DNA from: Pocillopora damicornis
Taxonomy: Eukaryota
Length of the DNA: 64,000 nucleotides
Reading direction: 5' to 3'
Assembly: GCF_003704095.1 (NCBI RefSeq)
Contig: NW_020845515.1
Location: forward strand, 248,001-312,000
In this document: positions 52,401 through 62,913 of the stretch, piece by piece
Layout: each line of letters opens with the position of its first letter
How positions within the stretch are numbered: position 1 is the stretch's first letter
Program-made: the position numbers and the translations under genes
The notes under the pieces: generated by a model
Told to the model about the DNA's origin: nothing
Database searches by the model: none
The model's input: the letters and a program-made list of their open reading frames with translations, nothing else

Positions 52401-53452
52401 CTATCGCTTCTATACAATTCCGCAAAAAAGTGAAATGAAAACTTTTTAGGTACTCATAAATTTTGATATAATTATGTTTTAATCTCATGGTACTAGCTAA
52501 AGGGGAGAGAAAAGGGAGACATACAATTCACATACCTGTTGTAGACATGACCCAGACGCTGTTGTATCGTTCCTATCAGAGGTGAGATCCATAAGAGTAA
52601 CCCTGAAGCCCACAACTGCTGAGCAAAGAAGTGGTCCGTGTAGGGATAAAAACTAAAGCTTTTCTTGTACACCCTATACACAATTACGTACGCGTAAAAA
52701 TACACAATTACGACGAGCGTAGCGTTTTTTCTCATCACAGGAAACGAAAACCAAAGCACCACGGTGGGTAGAATGATCAGAACTCTCATCCAATCAGGTA
52801 TGAACTCGAGCACGTCATGAAAAAACCAGGGCAGAAACACAAGGCCGAATATGACTCCAAACGAAGTGGTCAGGAAGGAGGAGGCGTTTTTTAATCCAGG
52901 TAACATTGGTGCGATGAAGTAAGAAGCAAATGCTAAGACAAGAGGAGCACCAAACAAAAGGAACCTTTCAATAGCTTTCCTCTCCCGTCTCTTTTCGCAT
53001 TCTGAGACTGTTTCGTTCACCAGCAGCGCTGAGCTGTCACAATGTGTTATGATTCCGCCGCGGATGATATCCCCCGCTAAATAGTCGACAGCGAAAGCTA
53101 GAGGGCATGCGTAAGCACTCCACAAAATAAATGGAACAACAAGGGTGACGAAAACTGGAAGACAGAAAAGAACTGTACAATCAAATACTCCATGTATAGG
53201 CCGCTGCCAGTCGCAAAAGATCCCACTCCGCTCGCGCAGATGGTTAAAGAATTTGAAATGCCAGTCTTTGCTGTCTTGCTTGCCATGACGGTACTTCCAG
53301 TCCATGTAAGCAGAGCCTGTATAACCTCCCCCTGACACGCAACTCAGATAATCCAAGTTGGTCTCTCGCTGAAGCAGTCTGCGTAAGACTCCAGAGCAGA
53401 AGGCCGCTGACCGAACTCCGCCGCCTGAGAATGCTAACCCAGCTTTGGCCAT
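49481..53452 (-). CDS. Multi-pass membrane patatin/cPLA2-like phospholipase, copy A; exons 53452-52536, 52135-51637, 51472-51279, 50752-50408, 49745-(gap)
   Basis: In-phase GT-AG junctions (phases 2,0,2,2). Motifs GLAFSGGGVRSAAF, DYLSCVSGGGYTG, LSDAMATSAAAV, LSDGGHVENLG. Several hydrophobic helices lie between the catalytic Ser and Asp. No lesions visible; the last ~65 codons fall in gap 48987-49480. Confidence 0.88.
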
Positions 53453-53809
53453 TTTCTATGAAAGATTAAAACAATTTGAATGATACTCAAAATTTAGTTG
53501 GGGACTATAGGATTGGACGCTATTCAGTTAAAAAAAATTCATTAGGGAAAAAAAAAAACATAAAACGTATGGAAATGCTCCTTAAAGAACCCGGCACCGG
53601 GTGCTCTCGCAGTTCTAATTACATGACTTGCAAAGATAGTGTATATCTCCTTAATATTTGTTTGTTGATTTTTGATTTTCCACTTTTATCTTCCCTTTCC
53701 ATCCTGCCATTATTCTTCGCATATTTAGGTGTCTTTTTCTCTATTTTTGTTTCTTTGTTTGTTTGTTTGTTTGTTTTTTTTTTCCAGAAAACGCTCTCTC
53801 GGTTTAAGG

Positions 53810-54228
53810 AGAGTCTTAATGGGGTGATGGCTTTACGGCTAATGGTTAAAATTTTGGCCAATGACGGTTAACACTTTTCCATTGTTTCCACCAGACATAT
53901 TTTTTACGATTAACTTTTCTGACGACTAACGGTTTAAATTTGTCAGTTTTTACGCCAAAGGGCTAAATGTTTTGGCCGTTTTACGGGTAACGGTTAACCC
54001 CATTGAGACCCTATTTAAAGCAGAGCGTTACGGTCCTTCTTAGAGGTCCAAAAGCGGTTAACCGTCAGCCGTAACACGGCCAATAAGTTTACTCGTCAGG
54101 CGTAAAAAAATTCTCAAATTTTAAGAGCCAATCGTAAAATACGTCAAAGAAGCTAGCCGGTAAACATAAAAAATAGCCAAAATTTTAACCGATAACCGTA
54201 AAAAGCCATTACTTCATTGAAAACCTCT
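53810..54228. mobile_element. Two copies of a ~200-bp MITE in opposite orientation (53810-54012 and 54042-54228)
   Basis: Each copy has gag(a/g)gtct.aatgggg / ccccattgagaccct-type termini and internal ttaaccgt/acggttaa repeats. The second copy is the reverse complement of the first. Confidence 0.65.
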
Positions 54229-55086
54229 TCTTATATTCTTTATTCAGTTATCTTTTTCCTCTATCTTGGATCTTTGGTCTCACTAATTTACTATTGTTAT
54301 TATTGTTTTTGTTAGCAATATTATCATTATAATAAGTATTTTTCCTTTTAAAAGCAAAGTCTTAAGTGGTCTTTAACCTGCGCCAGAGGTCCCCGACCTG
54401 GCAAAAATTACAGTTTAGAAATTGATGGACTTACAGAAAATGAAATATGACCATTTTCATTCTCTTCCTGCATGAATATATTGATCGATCAGTCATCCAT
54501 GAAGTCATTATGCAACTGAGCAAGAGTAAACATGTGAGCCGCTTTGTGTCTGTTTTAATCCGACTGTTGTGAGTTTGCCAAAGAAAACGGTTTTTGTCTG
54601 ATTAGTGTAAATCATTGATCCATGAAAGGACAGATAATTTATCGATCTTATATGAAACGACAACTCCAAATTAGATATAGACGCCACGATTGACTTTTTT
54701 TCCTTTCGCTTAGTTTAAGCACTTCCGCACAAAATTATGTTCCACATATTTCATGATATATCTCATCCACCATCAAGACAACTGATCGATGTCGTCGATT
54801 AATTAGCTTTTGAAGATTTGGACCTTCGAAGCAGAACGGGATTACTTGCCTAATGTCTCTGTCTTAAACGCTAAACATACTAAATCATGCCACAAGTTTG
54901 CTTCGTGTTTACTTACCTAATGGGAAGTTAGTAGATTGACAACGTGTATTCCGCGTTAAAAGTAATCTCACTTTGTTAGAGAGCTAAATTAATGAGTCGA
55001 GCGGCGTCTGAACAAGGCCTAACGAACTTACAAACCACTCGCTTGTGATAAATTAAGTCAACGACGTGAGACAGTAATAAGATACA

Positions 55087-55697
55087 GGGTCAATTGACCC
55101 CCCCACTGTTAGGACAGAAGTTTTTTTCCAAACCAGGGCCCGGAGAGGCATACAGTAATGTGGACCCTTGGACTATTTTTCGGACCATATTTTTGGGTCC
55201 ATTGTTTGGACCATTTTTTTTTACCTTTTTTGGACCATTTTTTGGGAACAATTTTGGACTACCAGTGGGAGGCGGGGGAAGGCAGACCATTAGTGGTCAG
55301 GGAGGGGTGGGATGCAGTCTACCACTACTGAGGGAGGGGTGGGAGGCGGACTGTTATTACTCAAGGAGGGGTGGGAGACCGTTATGCAGGGAGGGGTGGG
55401 AGGTGGTTGTATTAGTAAATACTACTGATTAATTAAGTTTTTACGAAATCATACAAATTATTTTGAGCAGTGGCACGAACAATATCATAACCGAGCGTTC
55501 AAATACAAATGTAAGATCTTAGCTTGCGGAATGTTGTAAATTGTTAATTAGAGTGTGGCTGCTGTTGCACGTCGTCTCAATTAGTGTTTTTCCAACCGGT
55601 GAGTCAGCTTCTTTTGTTTTCCATATCGCATACTTTCATTCACTATTGTTTATTCGTAATTATTGGCGTCAAATATACTTTCACTTAGTCGTTTCGC
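55087..55697. repeat. Dispersed repeat / transposon end with internal ttttggacc and ggaggggtggga tandem units
   Basis: Visible short tandem units at 55165-55260 and 55300-55405. Runs into a gap. Confidence 0.5.
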
Positions 55698-57196
55698 NNN
55701 NNNNNNNNNNNNNNNNNNNNNNNNNNNNNNNNNNNNNNNNNNNNNNNNNNNNNNNNNNNNNNNNNNNNNNNNNNNNNNNNNNNNNNNNNNNNNNNNNCAA
55801 AGCAGATAAATAAAATATTGTTGATCATTCGTGAGCTTGACAATTTCTTAGAATTATTTATAGTACACTACTTGCAAATTAAAGTAATAACATTATCAAC
55901 ATAGCTTACATTATGTGGAGAAATTACAAAACTAGTTTAATTACCCTAACCAAGTTTTGATGATCGAAGTAATGACATAACATGAGTTTTATTTCCCTCA
56001 GTTCATGGTGATATATGTTTTAGTTATGTCAATTCGTATGTTATTTGTAATGCTTTTTTTCTTTTGTTTTGTCCTTTTGTTTTATTTCTTATTATACCCC
56101 AATATCATGTACACGGACGGAGCAGCATTTAGTGTTGTTGTCTCTGTCGCTCGCAACTCTGTACTCTCAGCCGTGAAACTGTGTAAATACATTTAACTTT
56201 TTTTCACAAAATCCTTGAAACTATGTAAATACATTGTGACGTATAATTTTCTTTCGTTTGTTTTTCTCGTTTCTTTTATTTCGTAGTATACCTCAATATC
56301 ATACACACGACTGGAGCAGCATCTAATGTTGTTCTCCCATCCGCTCACAACGGTGATCATAAAACTATGTAAATACATATAAATTTTTGCCACAAATTCA
56401 ATGTAACATCTAGCTAAGAGGCGATGATTGAGAAGACGATCCTATCACGGATATGGTGTTACATGACTTAGAGATGAAATTCTAAAATTTTCATTCCAAT
56501 TAACAAGAGCAAAGTAAAGCTGCATTCTGGTATGAATTTTGGCTCACCATGACGACTACAAGAGGAAATCTCGAAGGCCCCGAAGCAGTTCATTTCAACG
56601 CTCGGTTGAAATGAAACGCGCGAGAGGTTACGCGCGCAAGTATAAGGAGCTTGCGTGACTTCCTTATCACGCCTGTTTCTTTCTTTCTTGCTGGGTAGCT
56701 GCTTCATAGAGTCATAGGCTCAACATTTCGGGTCAGTTGTGGTCACATCCTTGAAAGCTAACAATTAATAACGGTAAAAAGACTGAGTGGAGTCCATATC
56801 GGTCTCGTGATTAACAAATCGGACTCCTGCTTTGCGGTCGCCCGATTTTGTTAATCATTCAGGTGTTTACAGACAGAATTGGACGACACGAGGGTCTGTT
56901 ACCAGTCAATCAAAACTACGACAAAATTTGAGAAAAAAACTAGACGTCGGTTATAAGTTTTCAGAACCTGAATCGAGCAACTGAGTAAAAACAACCTGAC
57001 TGAGCAAAATTTTAAAACGGAAATAGTGATTGCATTTAATATGGAAAAGAGACAAGAGAAGGTAGCCATAATAAAGGTTTCTTACTCATACTTAACCTCT
57101 ATTTCTTTCCGCAGACGAAACGCAGATAGGTATAAGTTTTTTTTTTAAATTTTGCTGTTTTCTTCCATTGAAAATAGTGCAATTCCCGATATCACC

Positions 57197-59666
57197 ATGG
57201 CAAAGTTTGGGTTATCGTTCTCTGGAGGCGGAGTCCGGTCAGCGGCATTCTGTTCAGGAGTGTTGCGCAGACTGCTGCAGAAGGAGGTGCGAATAGACTA
57301 TCTGAGTTGCGTGTCTGGGGGCGGTTACACAGGCTCTGCGTACGTCGACTGGAAATACAGGCATGATAAGAAAGATGACAAGAAATGGCATCAGAATTTC
57401 TTTAATCACATGAGGGAAAATGTCGGCTTAGTTTGCAGTTTTCAAAATCCCTGCCAAGGTATTTTCGACTGCGTGATCTTTTGTGCTCTAGCATTATTCA
57501 TCTCTGTCATCGCGCCTTTCATAATTTGGGGATCATTCGCACATCCACTGGCCTATATTATCGATTACCTCTTCGGCAGAATTTTGAGGGGTGGCAGCCG
57601 TCCGTGTCCAGAAGAGGTCAGGTTGAATCCAAACACAACCCTGGACGATTGCCTGCAGAATCGTAAGAATGCGGACAAAATTTACGATCGCGTTCTACTC
57701 TTCTTCGTGCCTGCTCTCCTCGCTTTCATATTCTACGTCTTGAAAAGACGCGTCAAAAGAGGAGAAGGTCATTTCAATTGGCTTTCGCTCTTCAGTTTAA
57801 TGATGTTTGGAATTCTGTTTTTTCCCTGGTTTTTAAACATTTCCCTGCGACTTGTACCAGACGTTTTGAAAGGGTTGCTCCTTGTGCCAATGATCATTTT
57901 TTGGTTTTTATTTCCTGGCCTGCGTGACAATGCATCACTGGTATTCGTCGTGTATCTCTACTCGTTTGTCATCCACTTCAGAGTGTATCGTATAAATGCC
58001 TTTGGCATCCTCTACGATGATCGCATCTTTGATCAAGCATTTGCAGCATCTATACTTCTAATGTGGGTTGCCCCTTTGGTTATAGCGATACAACAAAGCA
58101 TTGTTCATATTTATGTCAGGTGAGGATAAGTGAGCTTAATTTTTCAATGCTGTTCGTATCTCTACTGTCACGGGGTTGTGTGCGCGGTTAATTCAANNNN
58201 NNNNNNNNNNNNNNNNNNNNNNNNNNNNNNNNNNNNNNNNNNNNNNNNNNNNNNNNNNNNNNNNNNNNNNNNNNNNNNNNNNNNNNNNNNNNNNNNAACC
58301 TATTTGTGGATATATCACCTTTTCTTGAATTCAAGGGACGTATCAGGTCATTTTCCCGTGGTGGTGTATCAAACTATAGGGACAGTTACCATTGGCGGAA
58401 ATTGTGCACCCTGATGGTGCTAAGATTAAGGGAAACGGGGACGCGATATTTGAGAGTTAACGGGAAGCGTGAGCCACGCAGGTTCAATAGATCGTTTTCA
58501 TATGACGTGTCACTGAGGCCATCGTGGTAACCAAAACATAAAATTCTCCACCACGTTGGTGTAGGGGTAGTCGTGTGGGATTTGAACCATTTTAAGTATA
58601 TAGTAAACATTTCCTTTGTTCCAGTTAATTTACATCGCTGCTCATTACGTGATTAAAAGTGTCCTTTATAGTGGAAATCCAAAATGGTGGGTCTCTGATT
58701 TAAAACGATGAACGTATTTCAAGGTTCCTCGCTCGTAATTTCATTTTATGAAAGAAAAATCAAATAACTTTTTCTCGACAGATGGTTGACAATCAATACC
58801 CTTGGTGGTCACTATCATCGTAAAGCGATGAATGTCATAAATGTTGGATCCAACCCGCCGGCTGTTTTGTCCCTAAGTGATGGCGGCCATCTTGAGAATC
58901 TTGGCATTCTCCCCTTACTGAAGCTGAGGCTTAAAAAGATCGTGGCAGTAGATGGAGGAAATACTATTCTGGATCAAGACTACGCGGACGCCCTATTAAC
59001 TGCTCTGGATATGGCTAGGAAAAAGTTAGGCTGTTCATTTTCAGCCCTGGATGGACGAGATATCGCTGAGGATATTCGGGATAACTTCGTTGAGAGGAGC
59101 CCTGGGTCACAGCCAAGCAGCTACAGGTACTTGACGTAAAACTTGATGGATAAACACTCTTTTTTGTTTGTTTCTTTTCAAGGTAATCTTTGAAAATATA
59201 TTTGTTTAAGTTTCAAATAGTCAATTTTTTCATCCATTTTAGAGCGAATGGATTTTGGGAATGGCTGATTTTTAATTTCGGGTGTAATCTTAATATAGCA
59301 AAAAAATTAAACATGTACCTCTTAATAATTACATTTATATAGCGCAGACCTCTATATGGATATATTCAGTGGTGCTTCACAATATTGTCAAAGTAAAATT
59401 ACGTAAAAAGCATGTTTCCTCTTACATGGTTTACAGGATTGTTTTTCTCTTATGTGCTTCCAGATTCAAAGTTTATTATTATGAAAAGAATGTTAACTGC
59501 GACGGAAAGACCAAAGTTGGCGAAGGAGAAATTCTCTATATAGCTCCCAGGCATCCAGGCAAAAGGGTGAAAACCTCGCCTTACGTTACATGGGAGCAAG
59601 CGTTGCGTGACATCGACGAAGATCTCGAGGCAGGCCTTTGGGGCGCTGGACCTCAGTTATCATCAG
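57197..59666 (+). CDS. Multi-pass membrane patatin/cPLA2-like phospholipase, copy C; exons 57197-58119, (exons 2-3 missing in gap 58197-58296), 58782-59126, 59464-(gap)
   Basis: MAKFGLSFSGGGVRSAAF, DYLSCVSGGGYTG, LSDGGHLENLG, VAVDGG. Intron positions and phases match copy A (exon 4 is 345 nt in both). The pieces either side of the gap could belong to different paralogs. Confidence 0.82.
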
Positions 59667-59806
59667 NNNNNNNNNNNNNNNNNNNNNNNNNNNNNNNNNN
59701 NNNNNNNNNNNNNNNNNNNNNNNNNNNNNNNNNNNNNNNNNNNNNNNNNNNNNNNNNNNNNNNNNNTACCTTAGATAAGGCCGATATCCTCCTCCATAAT
59801 TGAAGA

Positions 59807-62800
59807 ATGGCGAGAATTGGAGTTGCTTTTTCCGGTGGTGGTATTCGGTCAGCGTCATTATGCTCGGGTGTCCTGCGCAGACTGCTGCAGAAGAAGGTTA
59901 ACATAGATTACCTAAGCTGTGTCTCAGGGGGTGGTTACACAGGCACTGCATACCTTGACTGGAAATACCGACATGGAAAGAAGGACGACCCCGAGTGGCA
60001 CAAACAGTTCTTCGAGAACATGCGCAAGAGAAGTGGCATCTTTTGCAACTGGAAGAAACCCTGCCAAGGAATCTTGGATTCCATTATCTTGTCCACCATG
60101 GTGATATTTGTGGCTTTCATTATTCCAATTCTTCTTTGGACCTCCTACGCATGCCCACTAGCCTTTGTAGTTGATTTCCTGTTTGGACGTATTCTGAGAG
60201 GAGGAAGCAAGCCATGCAAAAAACTCGCCAAGCGCGATCCTAAAATATCATTGAAGGAATGCGAACTTGAACGCCATGCATCTCCAGAGGTGGTAAATCA
60301 GCAATTTATCCTTTTTGCAGTTCCTGTGGCGGTTGCCATTGTTTGTGGAGTAGTAAGAAGTATGATCCCAAAAGGAAAAGGATTCTTCAATTTCCTCATC
60401 ATGTCATGTGTCGTGTTCTTCGGCCTGGTGTTCATTCCGTGGTTCATCGACAATTTTCTGGCTTATATTCCAAATTGGATGAAGATCCTCATCATTTTGC
60501 CGACTTTTATTGTGTGGTCTTCGTTCCCGCTCATGCGCAAAAATGCCACGCTGATGTTGGTAATTTATTTCTACTCCTTCGTAATTTACTGGAGGGTATT
60601 CAATGGAAGAGTGTTGGAGATAGAGTACGATGATGAAATATTTTTTATGCTGCTGGCGATTTCAACCCTCTTTCTATGGAGTGCGCCGATTATTGGTACA
60701 GTACAGCAACGTATAGGTCACGTGTACAACAGGTAAGGTTAATTTTGCATATGAACCAGACATGAATTTCCTGGTTTTATCAGCACTAACCCTTTGAATC
60801 ATAAGAGTGACTAGCATCTAATTTCTCCGCACAATATCAACCCAACAAGATAAAGGAAATGATCACCAACTTAAAAAGCTCTTGATAGTTAAACAAATTC
60901 TCCTTTCAGCACCTGAAGAATTATTTAGAGAACACTATGGAGAATATGCATATTAATGTTAGGGTATAAAGGTCAAGCGACTAGGAGTAGTGCTACTTTT
61001 CCCGGTTCACAAATGAAGTTAGAGTGGCTTGGCTCAGTGTAGAGTCTCTGTGGCTCAGTGGTAGAGCATCTGAGCCGGAATTTGAAGGTCTGAGGTTCGA
61101 TTCGTTCTTTTGGTTTTGTTTTTTATTTTTCCTACGCTCATGACAAGACTTCTTCCATTGAGGAGGACTAACAAGGTTTATAGAGGCTTATGGCTATTCA
61201 AGCCGGGAGAAAGCCTATCTAACACTAACAAGCCTATGGGCTAACCTTCAGTTCTAAGTTTCAGTTCGAAACTTCAGCATCCCCCCACCAGGCAACTCAC
61301 GGCGTTTGACTCTCCTCCGTGTTCTTTCTACATAAAAATTGACCATTAAATCCGGAACTTGGACGGGGCATTTGAACAAAATTTTGGCCCCGGGGGACGG
61401 GAATTTAAGCGAACCAATCTCTAAAAGTTCAAATGCCCGAGGCGTTGCCCGGGGGATAATAAAGCTTCGGATTTATTAACGTATAACTGACTTGCAGATG
61501 GCGCATTCAAAGAGCACTCTACACACCAGCAAGCGTCGGTTGCTGTGGTTGTACTGGGATCTCATGGCGCGACCTTTTTCTTCGCTGTCCGAAGTGTCCA
61601 CGCTCCAGGCCACGAGAAATAAATATTTCCACAGCTTTGACACTAGAGGACCTTGATGATGTGAAGCCAATTTACATAAGCGGTATCACCATAAACAAAT
61701 GGAGACGGACTAACTCCCCCAAGGAGCCAGATTATGAACTATTGATGATGACACCTCATGGGATTGAACGACTTGATCGGCCACCCAATGAACGTGAGTT
61801 TGATGGTAAACTTATGCCTGTGGACATTTACCTGTCAGATGCCATGGCAACGTCAGCTGCTGCCGTGGATCATCATATGGGAGCGAGGGAGAGTGATGAC
61901 GCGTCCTTTAGAGATTTAAAGGTTATTCTTGGAGTTTCCATGGGAACGGCCATTGTTTCAGACGAGCGACACGAAGGAAAAAGAAATTGTTGTATTCAGG
62001 TGAGGACACCCTCTCTCTCTCGTTAAATCGTTAGCTATGATCGTCGGGTCGCAAGTTTAATGATATACGGATTGAAATTTTGCCTTAAACCTTTAACTCC
62101 CAAGATACCATTAGTAATTCTCATTATTGTCTGACATGCAATTTGTATGATGTCAATTTGGAGAATTTGGTATTAGATCAACTAATAATCCCCTAGCTAA
62201 TATTTTACTTTTTTCTCATCACTTCTATGCTTGATATTGTATTGTTGTTGTAAGGAGAAACTCTCTCTTGATCACTCATGGGCGGTAAAGGGTTAAAGAA
62301 ACGAGTTAATTTAAGTCCTGTAATTGAGCCATTGATTCTGACCCAGTCTGAGCTTATTCAGGTTTCTCTGTAGCATGAGGCGATTAGGATTATACCACTC
62401 CCCCCTGGATGAAATGCTAGTCCATCGCAAGGTTACCCCCCAGCATTTCATTGAACCCATTTATACTTGGGCAGAGAGAGGCACTGTGTGAATGAAGTCT
62501 TTCTGTCTAAGAGCACAACACATTGACCTGGCCCGGTCTTGAACCCAGACCTCTCGACCTGGAGTCCAGTGCAATGATCAGTAGACCACTGCGTGTCCCG
62601 CTTAAAGGAACAAGGATTCACACAATTTATTTTGTATTCATTCAGATTCATTTTACTCTTTAAATTCTTACCACCAGAAACAACAATATCTAACTGTTTT
62701 TAGTTTGGCTTGTTTTCAGTTCTTGCCTCTCCTTGTTGAGGTAATCCGGATCCTTCCTTTGGTGCTGTGTCTCATTATATTTTGGCACACTGACCAGCGA

Positions 62801-62913
62801 CGTTACTTAGCCTATGGCATACTGAGTTTCTTTGCTATACTTGTGTTGCTCACATTGACTGCGCTCGTACCAACCGGCGGAAGTAAGCCTGGAAGGCTTG
62901 AGAGAATCGCCAG
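59807..62913 (+). CDS. Multi-pass membrane patatin/cPLA2-like phospholipase, copy D; exons 59807-60732, 61498-61999, 62720-62913; continues past the window
   Basis: MARIGVAFSGGGIRSASL, DYLSCVSGGGYTG, YLSDAMATSAAAVDHHMG. Same intron positions as copy A (exon 3 is 194 nt in both). Confidence 0.88.
60787..60975. mobile_element. TTAA-type (piggyBac-like) MITE
   Basis: taacccttt ... aaaggtcaa termini; intronic; similar style to 62085-62295. Confidence 0.55.
61040..61150 (+). mobile_element. tRNA-derived SINE
   Basis: tggctcagtggtagagcatctgagccggaatttgaaggtctgaggttcgattc, with tail cctacgctcatgacaagac. Same family as 22094-22208. Confidence 0.7.
62085..62295. mobile_element. TTAA-flanked (piggyBac-like) MITE
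   Basis: ttaa-acctttaactccca ... tgggcggtaaaggg-ttaa. Confidence 0.65.
62340..62600 (-). mobile_element. Near full-length tRNA-head SINE (Nin/Deu-core-like body)
   Basis: Minus strand reads gtggtctactgatcattgcactggactccaggtcgagaggtctgggttcaagacc (A and B boxes), then gtgttgtgctctt..., aaatgggt..., gggggtaaccttgcgatggactagcat...catgctacagagaaacc. Confidence 0.75.

Noticed and set aside
53476-53871. 131-aa hydrophobic ORF
   Set aside because: Hydrophobicity comes from T-rich low-complexity sequence, and the ORF runs into a MITE.
55090-55432. 112-aa Gly/Phe/Pro-rich ORF, or a CRISPR-like repeat array
   Set aside because: Product of short degenerate tandem units in a repeat. No constant repeat/unique spacer structure, and the context is eukaryotic.
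61040-61110. tRNA gene (also 22140-22208, 7705-7775, 62530-62600)
   Set aside because: A and B boxes are present but there is no complete cloverleaf, and each continues into a shared repeat body. These are SINE heads.
45814-62913. Bacterial contaminant contig or prokaryotic defence operon (e.g. CBASS)
   Set aside because: The genes have conserved spliceosomal introns containing host repeats. No cyclase or other operon partner is visible.
36803-62913. GPCR trio plus phospholipase cluster (and the upstream cNMP-binding gene) as one functional pathway
   Set aside because: Adjacency in an animal genome is not evidence of functional coupling. Nothing beyond proximity and a shared rearrangement supports it.
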